DNA of 63,047 bases, filler included, from Sphacelaria rigidula (lineage: Eukaryota): assembly GCA_964200075.2 (NCBI GenBank). It is 11 parts of 11 records of this genome, joined end to end, with 100 filler letters (N's around TTAATTAATTAA, not from the genome) between each part and the next. Parts side by side here need not be neighbours in the genome. Positions count along the whole stretch, not along the records: positions 1 to 5,641 come from CAXNAA020025635.1; positions 5,742 to 11,382 come from CAXNAA020025636.1; 9 more parts are not named here. One strand, 5' to 3'. The translations under genes were made by a program, and so were the position numbers. Positions within the stretch are counted from its first letter, which is position 1, and the number at the start of each line of letters is the position of its first letter. The notes beneath the pieces are model-generated. The model was given only the letters and a program-made list of their open reading frames with translations, searched no databases and was not told the origin of the DNA. Positions 1-11,482 of the stretch are shown piece after piece.

Positions 1-3000
1 GGTTGCCCACTTGAGCCTCATCTCAGAGTTAAACTTCAATTCGCACAATTTACTGTTATGTGTCTGCCCGAAGGGACAGGCACGACAATGCACCCGCCGA
101 ACGTGCAGTAGGTGCTGCGCGTTTGAAACCACGATGCAGGGCAGATGCTCGCACTGTGAAAGCCGAGAAACATGTGTCTGCCCGAAGGGATAGGCGCGAT
201 AGTGGACCCGCTGAACGTGCAGTCAGTAGGGCGCGTCTTAAACCACGATGCAGGGCAGCTGTTTCCATTGTGAGGAGCGGGAACGAGACACAGCACGTGT
301 CTGGCAAAGAGGGTAGGCATGAGGGCGCGCCGGCCGATAGTTCCACGGCAAGCATTGGTATGGATGCTGCTGGTATTGCTGCTGGAGAGGGAGAATATGT
401 CACGCAGCTCGAGCAGACTGCAGGCAGCTTAGCAGCCGCTGTTGCCGTTCAGGAGTGCGCTGAGCAGGAGGTGGTGGCTGAAGCGGGAATATTTGATCCA
501 GCCGCTGCTGCTGCTGCTGTTGGAAGCGTGAAGCCAATTTGCTCCGATGAGCTAGCGCTGAGCGGCAAAGGTCCAGGTTGCTTGTGGCTGCCGGACCAGA
601 GCGTGATTGGGGACACACCTTGCATGCTCACCGCTGCAAGGGGGTGTTATCTTTGTGATGAGGGTGAGCAGAGCAAGCTTCGGGCTTGCGATGCCCAGGG
701 TGAATCTATCTGCGCCAGTGAAATGGTGAGAGATTGTTCAGATGATTCGTAGAGGTGTCTGCTGGAAGGACAGGTGGATACCGGGTTGACGGAATTGCCG
801 CCGGAGCAGCGCGTAGCTGTGGACACGCCTTGCATAATCGAAACAACAGGGGCGTGTGACCCGCGTGAAGCGGGAAGGCAGCGCGAGCTGCAAGCTCGTG
901 ATGCTGTTAGCGATCACAATTCTGACGGTGACGACGAGCGTCGCGTGGTGTTGGGGTGGTCGTGTGCACTGCTGTGTACATGGACAGCTTTGGCGTATTT
1001 GGCGGCGATGGCGGAGGTGTCTCCACTGTTTCGCCGCGGGGTGTTTTAGGAGGATAGTGTGCCATCAGGAGGTGTTGCTGTTCGGGACTGTGTAGCTGTT
1101 CCCGTTTCGCCTCTGGTTTCCTCTATGAAACTGACTGAAGCACAGGTATTCAGTACTGCCCAAGTTTGTGTGGAGGCAAATGATCTGTTGCATTGGTTCG
1201 GCGGTGCGAATATACCTTTTAGAGGCGTGCTGAGCTACATCATGGGGGTGCCAGGTGTAGCTAGACTGAAGGTGCAAGGACGGAGTGTCCGAGAGGAAAG
1301 GCTACTCTACGCTGTGCACTGGGTTGTGGTTCGGGTGCAGCTGTTTCTCAGGAGCGGGCTGGAGGACCACAAAGAAGGCATTACCTGAGGTTTTTGCTGC
1401 TGTGGTGAGCGCCGAGTTGGGTGCTGATGTTGAAAAGCAAGTGCTGAGATGATTGAGTGCTTGTTGAGAATGGGGAAACACATTATGACTGGTATTCGCG
1501 AATCGTTTTGAGAATGGTTGCAGCTTGTTATCGTGTGTTTTGTGGTTATGTTAGAGCATGAAACATCATTGTTGAGCGAGTATGATCGTATCGCGTGTGC
1601 AGGGTCGAAGCCTGGCGTACACGTAGATATTTAGGATGTGTGGGTTGTGCTGATGTGGTTGGCACGGACGATGCATGGTGTTTGCTGCGAGGACGGTGGC
1701 ATTGCATGTGCTGAGTGAAATTTTGGCATGCATGTGCGAGTTTTCATATGCTGAGTGGAAATTTGGCAGGCATGTGCAAATTTTTGCTCGAATGGTACTG
1801 ATATGAATGGTATCTGGTGACGACCTAGGGTTGGGCAGTTTTCGATATACTGCTGTACGCTAAATGAAGAGAAGATCGTATAATCTTGTTCGCGCAGGAA
1901 CACAGTCGAATCATATTTGTGCGGTTTGCACGTACTGAGTGCAGGATATATGGGCTGTTGCTGTTAGCGCGAACATGAGCAGAAACTACGAAATGCGCAG
2001 GCTCGTCCTGACTGTAGGGATGGGTGACACCTACTGTTAGCGTGAACATGAGCTGAAAGGTACGAAATGCGTAGGCTTGTCGTATGTGAGCAGGTATGAC
2101 GCGAGTGCTTCCGGTGGTTGAAGATAAAGACATTATGCGCGCATGCATCAATGATCTTTGACCGTGGCACGTTTTTGTATGGATTGTCACGTGTTTGAAC
2201 CGCACGTGGTTGTTTTTTTGTTCATGTAGAAGGAGCACGTGGATGATGCGTCCATTTGTTCAAAGAACTGGTGCGGGTGGACTGCAAGAGTGTCGAGGAA
2301 TTCATTATTTCTACATTTTGGCTGATGCACGGATGGGATACGACGGTCCAAGATCCAAACGAGATATAGAGTTGTCTGGGATTTGCTTGAAAATAAGAGT
2401 TCGAGAACGAGATCACGAGGGGTGATCAATGATGGCGGAGGACGAGGTCCGTTCGCCCTCGTTGTATTAGTATGCATGACTTGAATAGTGGTTTGAGTCA
2501 TGGCTTTCCTTCGATTGTTTGAATATAATGATGGCAAGTTGAAGCATCGAAGCTTTGATGGCGGGGAGGCATGCGATGCATACGTTTTATACGGTGTTGC
2601 AGAAGCAAGAGGCCACGTGCGTTCTGGACGTGTTGGGTGCTGATTTCCTTCTTGCGTGAGGATGATGTATCATTGGGCCGTTGCACTCCGTTGCGCAGGT
2701 GTTGAACGTACAAAGAGTGCATTTTGTATGTTCGGAAGAACCTTGTCTCGGATGAGAGGGATGATGAGTCACGAGTGTTCTGGAGTTTGACGTTTGCTGA
2801 CATTTCCGGTTTCGTGCCGATGAAGAGTTCAGAGACTTGTTTTGGGCGCAGATTTGAGAATTCGGCGCTAGCTATCGGTTTGTTACTCGAAGTGGTGCAA
2901 GTAGCGTGACTGCATGTGCATGATGGACAATGTTTTGTTGGAATCTCTTGCGAGTTGTTCGGAAGCGGGGCAAGCTTGTATAGAGCTGTTGTTGGAAGCA

Positions 3001-3117
3001 GCGGAAGAGATTGCTATTCTTGGCGGAAAACGACGGTACTTTGAGGCACCAATGATGTCTGAGTTTGTCAAGCTCTGGATGTAACCACTCGCTGGTAGTA
3101 GAGAGCTTTGGGGGTGC
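1..3117 (+). mobile_element. Heavily degenerate Ty3/gypsy internal region (family A), probably non-autonomous
   Basis: Weak pol-like remnants in order: DILLYA (~1844, RT-like), GIHYFYI (~2297, cf. integrase VIHFDYL), RFRADEE (~2807, cf. integrase C-terminal RFYAD). Ends in a PPT-like GAGAGCTTTGGGGGTGC directly before the LTR at 3118. Many stops and frameshifts. Confidence 0.6.
60..340 (+). repeat. Degenerate tandem repeat, ~114-123 bp unit, ~2.4 copies
   Basis: GTGTCTGCCCGAAGGGA...GAACGTGCAGT...AAACCACGATGCAGGGCAG starts at 60 and 174; a third diverged start at ~297. Confidence 0.8.
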
Positions 3118-3378
3118 TGTAGACTGTAGCCACCTTTGTTACCTAAGGTCAGGGACATTGTAGGTGGAGTTGCGGGTCTGATTGCCGGACTCTGTGATGG
3201 TGACCTCCATGACAAGTAGGCTTGATTTTGCCACTCTGGTGGAGAGAGGCTATGGTCCTGTTCTCCTGTACTATGCTGAGGGTTAATACATAAATAACTA
3301 AAGCTGCTGAAGTCCATGTGCCCGTGATGGGAGGAGTCCATATTATGACAATCTGATCTTGAGTGACAAAAGTCTACA
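3118..3378 (+). mobile_element. 3' LTR of gypsy family A (261 bp)
   Basis: TGTAGACT...AGTCTACA perfect 8-bp terminal inverted repeat, preceded by PPT. Homologous copies at 4964-5220 (-) and 49066-49323 (+). Confidence 0.9.
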
Positions 3379-4301
3379 TAGCAAGATTGAAACGCGGACC
3401 GTCTCTCGCATGAGGAAAAACGGCAGCAGCGGCGGCAGCAGCAGCAGTATCAGCACCAGCTGATTCGGACCCACCCCCAACCGTACACATTTACCGGCCA
3501 ATAAGATACTGCTGTTGCTGCTGTTGCTGCTGCTACTACTGCTGCTGCTTCTTGTGCGGGAGGCGATCCACGTTTCGACGAGCGACAGTACCCATGCACC
3601 TGGCGCGTTATTTCCTCCTCCCCACTTGAAATCGATCATGACCTGTTTGCGTGTTGTTACCCTCATATTGTATCAGTATACAGTAGCATTTCAGTACGAG
3701 TACATATCACTTGTTTCCCCCTGTATTGGACGCTGGCTTCATTCTTTCAACGCCATCACCAGCGGCAGCCACGCGTGCGAGATACACCCGATGTGCACAG
3801 CTCGCACAGAGAGATGCGCACAGCTGTATCTTCTAGCACTTTGCCTTGTGAAGAAGCATTGACTTATCAGCAGGCAGTACAGACCAGCGCTTTCCGGCAT
3901 GGTGGCTATCACGCGCAAGGTGCGTGGGCGTTGTAGCACGATTGAAACGCGGACGGTCTCTCGTATGGGGAAAAACGGCAGCAGCAGCGGCAGCAGCAGC
4001 AGTATCGGCACAGGCTGATTCAGACCCACCCCCAGCCGTGCACATTTACTGGCAATAAAGATACTGCTGTTGCTGCTGTTGCTGCTGTTGCTGCTGTTGC
4101 TGCTGTTGCTGCTGTTGTTGCTGTTGTTGCTGTTGCTGCAGGTGCTACTGCTGCTTCTCGTGCGGGGGGCGGTCCGCGTTTCGACGAGCGACAGTATCCA
4201 TGCACCTGGCGCGTTATTTTCCCCTCCCGACTTGAAATCGATCATGACCTGTTTGCGTGTTGTTACCCTCATATTATACCAGTATACAGTAGCATTTCAG
4301 T
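3379..4301 (+). repeat. Direct repeat (3379-3695 and 3934-4301) containing CAG and CTG/TTG microsatellites
   Basis: GATTGAAACGCGGAC...GACTTGAAATCGATCATGACCTG...CAGTAGCATTTCAGT occurs twice, starts 555 bp apart. The poly-Leu/poly-Ser ORFs here are microsatellite artefacts. Confidence 0.9.
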
Positions 4302-4410
4302 GTTGTGTGTGTGTGTGTTGTCGTCCCATTCATTCTGGGCGCCAGTCTACACCTTTCGGTATATGTGGGCGCATCAGCCAGGATCGCACAGGAGGAAGGT
4401 CAACACAGGA
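4301..4410 (-). repeat. 3' end of SINE family 1 with (CA)n tail
   Basis: Reverse complement matches 56708-56795 and 37230-37312 (CCCACATATACCGAAAGGTGTAGAC...CCAGAAT...GGGACGACAACAC). Confidence 0.75.
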
Positions 4411-4499
4411 GTTTTTTCTGTTCAATTCGTTATTAATAACATATACTCCTGCATCTCGTACATTTCGGTCTACAGTACAGCACTCCACACGCCTTTTTG

Positions 4500-5595
4500 A
4501 AAAACGAAGTCGCCTCCCACTCACAGGAACAACAACTCTCTCCTTACACCAAGACGCGCTTGGCCACCAAATGACAATGGCCACAGCGCCTCTTCCTCAC
4601 GCAAGTTTCACTGCGTGTTTGAAGTCCTTAGACTCCTCTTCCTGACCGCACCTGGCCAAGCGTGGAACAAGCAACTCTCGCTGACCCCACCAGGCAATAA
4701 TTTCGCCGCTTTTCTGGAACGTGCACGGGCTCGCCAGCTGTTGGTCAACCCCCCGCACCTCTCGCACGAGCGATACCACAGCCCACCCTAGCACTGCCTC
4801 AGAACCTCCTCGGCTCTACTTCTTCAACTCCTCACGACGGTAAGCCGCCTTGAGCTGGACTTGTTTGCTGCAAATTGATCAGGCCTGCCGACTTCCCTAT
4901 CTTGCAGTGTCAGCTACTTTTTAGCGGACCTATCGCTAGTCAGCGGACTTAATGAACGTTCATTGCAGACTTCTGTCACTCAAGATCAGATTGCCATCTG
5001 GACTCCTCCCATCACGGGCACATGGACTTCAGCAGCTTTAGTTATTCATATATTTACCTTCAGCATAGTACAAGAGAACAGGACCAAGGCCTCTCTCCAC
5101 CAGAGTAGCGAAACCGGCTCTACTCGTCATGGAGGTCACCATCACAGAGTCCGGCAATCAGACCCGCAACTCCACTTACAGTATCCCTGACCTTAGGTAA
5201 GAATGGTGGCTAGGTCTACAGCACCCCCAAAACTTTCTACTACCAACAAGTAGTTACATCAGAGCTTGACAAACTCAGACATTATTGGTGCCTGATAGTA
5301 CCGTCGTTTTCCGCAAAGAATAGCAATCTCTTCCGATGCTTCCGACAAGAGCTCCATACAAGCTTGCCCCACTTCCGAACAACTCGCAAGAGATTCCAAG
5401 AAAATATCGTCCACCATGAACATGCAATCACGCTAATTGCACCACTTCGAGTTACAAAGCGATAGCTAGCGCCAAATTCTCAAATCTTCGCCCAAAACAA
5501 GTCTCTTGACTCTTCATCGGCACGAAACCGGAAATGTCAGCAAACGTCGAACTCCAGAACATTCGTGACTCATCGTCCCTCTCATCCGAGGCAGA
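4500..5595 (-). mobile_element. Second gypsy family A segment: 3' internal + PPT + LTR (4964-5220) + 5' internal
   Basis: 5221-5595 is the reverse complement of ~2745-3117; 4964-5220 matches the LTR; 4850-4963 matches 49324-49438. Left boundary is approximate. Confidence 0.85.
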
Positions 5596-5641
5596 CACTT
5601 TCTACGATAGCCTCCCCCCCAAAAGTGCATGGTTTTGGGAG

Positions 5642-5741
5642 NNNNNNNNNNNNNNNNNNNNNNNNNNNNNNNNNNNNNNNNNNNNTTAATTAATTAANNN
5701 NNNNNNNNNNNNNNNNNNNNNNNNNNNNNNNNNNNNNNNNN
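5642..5741. other. Artificial contig linker
   Basis: N44-TTAATTAATTAA-N44, stops in all six frames. Confidence 0.99.
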
Positions 5742-5815
5742 TCCGTCTCGAAAGGGATGCGTGGTCAATGGTCAAATGACTAAGGCAAGCAACAAATGAG
5801 TACGCCCCCCCCCCT
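5742..5815 (+). repeat. Dispersed ~70-bp repeat next to poly-C/poly-G tracts
   Basis: TCCGTCTCGAAAGGGATGCGTGGTCAATGGTCAAATGACTAAGGCAAGCAACAAATGAGTACGCCC. Other copies at ~14366-14420(-), 14528-14590(-), 30833-30898(+), 34209-34280(+), 57748-57808(-). Confidence 0.85.
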
Positions 5816-5989
5816 ATCGTAGCATGGCTCCGGGGGACGAAACAACAGATGAAAAATGAATCATGAAAGTAAAACACCAAGATTGATGATACAAATAGAA
5901 ACGATAGAGTCATTGAAGAAGAGGTCTTCGAAAGATTCAAAATAGTAACAATCAAATAACCAAACAATGACGAGATAATAAAACAAGAT

Positions 5990-6900
5990 ATATTGACGTG
6001 ACTAGAATAGTAACACACTATTATAAGGAAAACAAACGAGAATAATTATAATAATCACGACCACAATCATGAGAGAGAGTGAAACTAATAAAACAGGAAA
6101 TTACCGGCTCCTGCCGCATGGCTTCAGGTCCTCGCAACCCGAAACACATAAAACGACGCAGAAAAGCCCAAAGAAGGATGAGAGTTACAGAAATGGAAAA
6201 GTAACACATAAAAATAACAGTGGACAATTATGAAATAGATGAATAGAAAACCCCTAAGTGAAGAAAACAAATTGTAGTGATCAACGTATTAAAAACAAAA
6301 CGTGTCGTGTCAGACATATTAGTAGTTCAAAGTATTGAACAATGATGGAACAATAAAACGAAAAATGAGAACATTATCACAATACTGTGGTACGAAATAT
6401 CTGCAACAAAAATATGAGTAATAATACACAAGCATTGGCTGGGCCCTGCCGCATGACTGCACGTAATCGCAACCCGAAACACGGGAAACGAAACAGGAAA
6501 GCGCAGGGAAAAATGAGAAATGTAGAAACAATAAACACTGAAATGGTTACAATAATCATCGGTAGGTGAAAATCATAATTGTGGAAACAAAAATCATCAA
6601 ATAAAAAATGAAAATTGGAAAAAAAAGAGACTGGGAATCACAGCGATGAACACATCCGAATTTGCAGTAATTAAACTCATGAAATAATGGTGAAATATTT
6701 TAGTGAAACAAAAGTAGAACTAAGAGTATGATTATAACACAGTAGCAATAAATAGTTGAAACAGAGAATACAAATAATCGTGAAAATAACAAAATGTAAT
6801 TAATAATAAGACAAGAACTGGGAGACTCCTGTCGCATGGCTGCTGGTATTCCCAGCTCAAGACCCAGAAAGCGAAACAGAAAAGCGCAGAGAGACTCCAA
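5990..6900 (+). repeat. Degenerate A-rich tandem repeat, ~335-385 bp spacing, 3 cores
   Basis: Core CCTGCCGCATG...GAAACA...AAAGC at ~6110, ~6445 and ~6828. Confidence 0.65.
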
Positions 6901-8717
6901 TGTCCAGAACACGTTGGTAACTCACGGTTGATGGAGTGAATACGCGCATGAAAAGATAACAGAACAGGAAGCGATCAGCCTCGGCGATTCGTTCGGAGCA
7001 AGATAGCTCCCTGAGCGCACGCTATACCGTATGAAAAAACAAGCATTGTACTGACCGCCGTCGTTGCCATCACTAGCAACCATTACTCCACTGAATAGAT
7101 AGATACATCTCCGATTTTCTCCCCCATACTTCGAATAAGTCATACACTCACCGCCTGCCGCTCGAGGAAGTAGCCTCCGGCGGAGCCGAAGTGTAGCCAT
7201 GAGACAAGCACGGCCAATCTCTTCAGAACTATACGGCCGTCCTGCAACGGTCTTTTTCGAAGGCCGTCACGAGGAAGCGGTGGATAGAACAGGACAAACC
7301 ATGTTCGACGTCGATCGGAACACGGCTTGGCATATATTCTGGTGTGGAGTTCCTTCAATTTCTCCTCTTCTGCCAACGTCGTCATGTGGAACTCCGTGAT
7401 ATACTCAAGCCTTGGAACTCCGTGATATGTTTAAGCCTTGGAATCAGGCCGTGTCATGAGTTTGAGTCACGTGATACTGCCCAGAAATGGGGAATCATCG
7501 TGCCAGGTGTTCACACATTTGATCGACCCTTCTCCTGATTCGGTACCGCACTTCAGCCTGCCCCTGCTGTTGGTTTCAACATCTGCGCCATCCTTCCCTC
7601 CGAATGTGTGGGCCAGGTCACGCACAGCGGCCTTGTGCGTCGGGCGAAGCTATCTAGCACTCATGGTCGTCACTCTCCCATCCTTGAAGGCGTTCAGCAT
7701 CCCGACGGAAGGATCTCGCATAGAGCAGAAATCACTTATCAGCGAACGCGGGGACACACGACGAGCCGACTCGCATCGTCGTCGTCGTCGCCATCATCAC
7801 TCTCATCGCGGGCGTCACAGTCGCCTGGTTGGCAGCGGTTCACCGGGAATATCATTGCTTGGAGTGCGAACGCCAGGGCACACAGGCGGCTCCACCGGGC
7901 CGAAAGAGGAACACGCCGAGGAGATTTCCTCAGCTCCCTCGGCTATCCAAGGTGGACTGTTCAAGTCTACCTCGTATCAGGGGACGTCGAGATCGTTCCC
8001 TGCTTCGCCATACGGCGTGTCGGGGGCCGTAGACAGCATGCCACCCTCGGAGTGGACGTCGTCGACGACTCCCACGGAAGACAGTCCCCACACGGAGCTG
8101 GGCGACCTCGATTTGGAGCATGTCGTGCGAGAAAATGCGAACTGATCATCACGCGGGAGGCAGAGCGGCAAGTAGGCAGAGAATGCCGCGTGGAAGATTG
8201 AAATGAGGTGTGGCTTCATTTGAGGTACATGCGGCAGAGCAGCAGTCGGCAGCAGAAAATCAAACGAGCGTGCATGCGCCTGTGTTTTCTCTTTGTCCTG
8301 ATTTCGTTCTTGCTCCAAGTTTATACATAATCGTAACACTGGTGGTGCTGTGTTGTGTGCAGCCTAACGCAGTTGGCTAATTTTTGGCGTCATCAAATCT
8401 CGTCTTGTGTATCTCCCGTACGAGCGTACTTCTCGTTGTGTAGTCTGCATATCGTGCGAGTGTACGACCGCCAGTGATTGATGACGGAACACTTGAAAAA
8501 AAGCGATGCCTATGACGAATAAATTTCGGCACCAGTCACCCAGTAGCTGCGAGTACCCAGTACGATATCCAGTTTCTGGGAGGCGTTTTCAGTACGCGGC
8601 CAGTCGTGAAATACCGGCGGGTCCCCCTTGGTGTCCACCCGTTACTACAGTGCTAGGGTACCGAGTACTTTTATTATCGCTAGTGAATGTATATGTGATG
8701 TTTGCATGCCCTTTGCG

Positions 8718-8795
8718 TGATTGATTGATTGATTGTCGCACTTTAACTGACCCCCCAGGGGTCCAGCCGTGGTCTCATGATAGACATACCCAACA
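8718..8795 (-). repeat. LINE/SINE-type 3' terminus with stem-loop and (CAAT)n tail
   Basis: Minus strand TATCATGAGACCACGGCTGGACCCCTGGGGGGTCAGTTAAAGTGCGACAATCAATCAATCAA. Related termini at ~13850-13940, 22215-22300, 29470-29575, 31365-31460, 31460-31520(-), 60115-60175. Confidence 0.7.
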
Positions 8796-9791
8796 AAACG
8801 AAACTGAGACACGCTCTGAAGAAAAGAAGGAACAGAAAAAAAAAAGAGTAAAACAGAACGACATAGCAGTCTAAGTCGTAACAAAAAAGTAATAAAAAAG
8901 TAATAAAAAAGTAATAAAAAAGTAATAAAAAAAGTCAACACAAGCAAAGCAAGAAAGAAATGGCCGACCTAAAACAAAAGAAAAGGAAAAGAAGAGGAAA
9001 GTGTAGAGCAGATAAAATAAAATTGTGTACAGTTTTCATATCATTTTTTTGTTGATGGTGGGTTCCATCCTTTTCATTTTTTCTGTTCATTGTTCCTCAG
9101 TGCTATCATATATTAGGAGGACACCTGCTATGATGCGAAAAACGAAAGCTCGGGCAGTGACCTTTTCCCGACAACTATTCTCGACGAAAACAGCTCTCGA
9201 AGATACGCCACTGCTGCGCATCTCAAGCGCGCCTTCATCATTTCTCAATTACTACACCTTCTAGTGAACGCTGACGAAGAAGGAGTGGAACTGAACTTGA
9301 CCAGCTGCATTTGACGGGACCTCAAACAATCGGTAAGGACATGACACAGTGATTCACGCCCTGTCCGTTGGTGGTCCCTTTTCGCACTCACGGAAAATGT
9401 GGGCAGCACGGGCGGGTACCCGGTATTCGGTGTTTCGGATATTTTCCCTGTGCATACCGGGGTTTTCATACTTGGTGCTGCACCAGCAAGTACCCAGACG
9501 AACTACCCGGCAATTGCTTTCAAAACCACGCCTCCATTTTCCAGTAGCCCGTTCTTTTCTTTGTCACCCAGAATCACCTCTCATTGGGGATGAACACCAA
9601 GCACACGACCAGCGATCCAAGAAAATCATTCACGACATCTTTGTGTTACTGGGGGAGATCGTAGTATAGGCAACAATAATGCAGCGAGGATACGGAGCCA
9701 TAACTATTCCTGCCTTCATTTCCTGGTGCCGACTGTTGTGCTACCTACCTCACTCACCTCGAATGGAGCCATAACTCACCTCACCCACATA

Positions 9792-10010
9792 CCGTAATTG
9801 TACGAGTCATTGCACACCCCCTGGACTGAATTTCAAAGCTCGATTACTCCACAACAAGAAGAGCATCAGTGCTAAAAAGGGTGGCTTTGGAAAGATCTAG
9901 TCGATAGCTGTCCGAAAACGCGACGTTTGGTATTGGCACCCTCTTCGTCATGGAGTAATCGAGTTTTGAAATTCGGTCCAGGGGGTGTGAAATGACTCGC
10001 ACAATTACGG
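9792..10010. mobile_element. Tc1/mariner-type MITE, 219 bp, TA TSD
   Basis: ~60-bp TIRs CCGTAATTGTACGAGTCATTGCACACCCCCTGGAC... / ...GTCCAGGGGGTGTGAAATGACTCGCACAATTACGG; TA at 9790-9791 and 10011-10012. Confidence 0.9.
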
Positions 10011-10126
10011 TATTTGTCGCAAAAACTGTATGCCCATTTCAATATTTCCTCCCACGTGGCATCCTATGCATACTTGCGGCTTTGCTGACCACATGATGAC
10101 CATACGACGACCACGTGATGCCGATG

Positions 10127-10127
<1 letters not shown>

Positions 10128-10176
<49 letters not shown>

Positions 10177-10202
10177 TGTAGCAGTAGAAGTAGTAGTAGT
10201 GA

Positions 10203-10233
<31 letters not shown>

Positions 10234-10262
10234 CGTAGTAGTAGTCGTAGTCGTGGTAGTAC
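10128..10262 (+). repeat. (TAG)n microsatellite
   Basis: Imperfect AGT repeat of ~45 units. Confidence 0.95.
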
Positions 10263-11382
10263 TAGTGTTACGGGCAAATGGCTGCTAGCTTGGTCCCTAC
10301 AAAAACGCTGTGGAAACGCGACTTCAGGAGAACGACAGATAACACAGCATGCGGCGCGAATTCATGCGAGCAAGCAATCACCCGTGTGATAGTTCGTTTC
10401 ACAGCTACACCATACAGTAGTGGGCGGTCTAACTATTCAGGGGTGTTCTGGGGTTTTCTTCGCGTACTACTCTTCGATAGAACTCGAAATTGCTAGCGTC
10501 GGTAGATTTTTGTACAATAAACAGTATCACCCTCGAAACACAGTGCCTAAGTCAGTGTTGGTTGGCGTTATCGGGCGATACGAGCAAATACCTCGTTTAT
10601 CAGGAGGGTGTGGTTGACCGTAAAAGACAGTTTTTCGGCTCTAGTGCAATGATTGGGTAGAACTTCAAAAAAATAAAACTGTACATTCCTTGACAAATAT
10701 GATCGGGACAGGCTCAATCGACCGAAAATATCGAAGAGTAAGAATCTGGGCTGAAACGTGGCAGGATCCCCGATGACCGGTCAGCCCGTCAGCCATTCAA
10801 TATTGAGTATAAATGATATATTTTTCTTCGAATGTGAAGCGGATACAACTATCTTCAGATCTCCAATGTGATGAGCGGTGGCAAGCGAAAAGAGCCCAAG
10901 AAAATCGCCAATTACGAAGAAATCACAAAATGCCACAAAACGAATAGTTACACCGCCCACTACTATATATCAAATTAGTCAGGCTAGATCTCACCGGTAT
11001 CCAGCAACAGGGAAATTGAATCCAAGAGGAAGAACAGCTCAACGTCATGGTGTCTTCAGCACAGCTTTCAAGGCGTCATATTCTTTCTTTATAATTGGTG
11101 GCGTTGGGAACCAAAACGAGCTTCACGAGTTATCATCGCAGATACTTCGATCAGTTCGGAGATTGATTATTATAAACACCATGGGGCTCAATGGTTCAAT
11201 TAGGTTGCTCTCGGAACAGAATCGAACTATGAGTGAAAGGAGGCATGTCTGTGAAGGTCGTAACCGGTACAAGCAAGCCTCCACCCCCTGATCAGGCTAC
11301 TCGCCGGCAGCCACTGACCAGCCCTCCGGGTTCACTAGTCGAATAGCTAGCCCATCCTCGTACTGAACTTCCACCACTACGC

Positions 11383-11482
11383 NNNNNNNNNNNNNNNNNN
11401 NNNNNNNNNNNNNNNNNNNNNNNNNNTTAATTAATTAANNNNNNNNNNNNNNNNNNNNNNNNNNNNNNNNNNNNNNNNNNNN
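11383..11482. other. Artificial contig linker
   Basis: N44-TTAATTAATTAA-N44. Confidence 0.99.

Noticed and set aside
4070..4645. Poly-Leu ORFs (also 3515-3862, 10005-10277)
   Set aside because: Translations of CTG/TTG/CTA microsatellites.
5686..5697. Recurrent TTAATTAATTAA palindrome at ~5741-bp periodicity
   Set aside because: Artificial linker inside N runs, not biological.
6920..8200. GC-rich ORF cluster, possibly a decayed transposase on the minus strand
   Set aside because: No diagnostic motif could be read through the stops.
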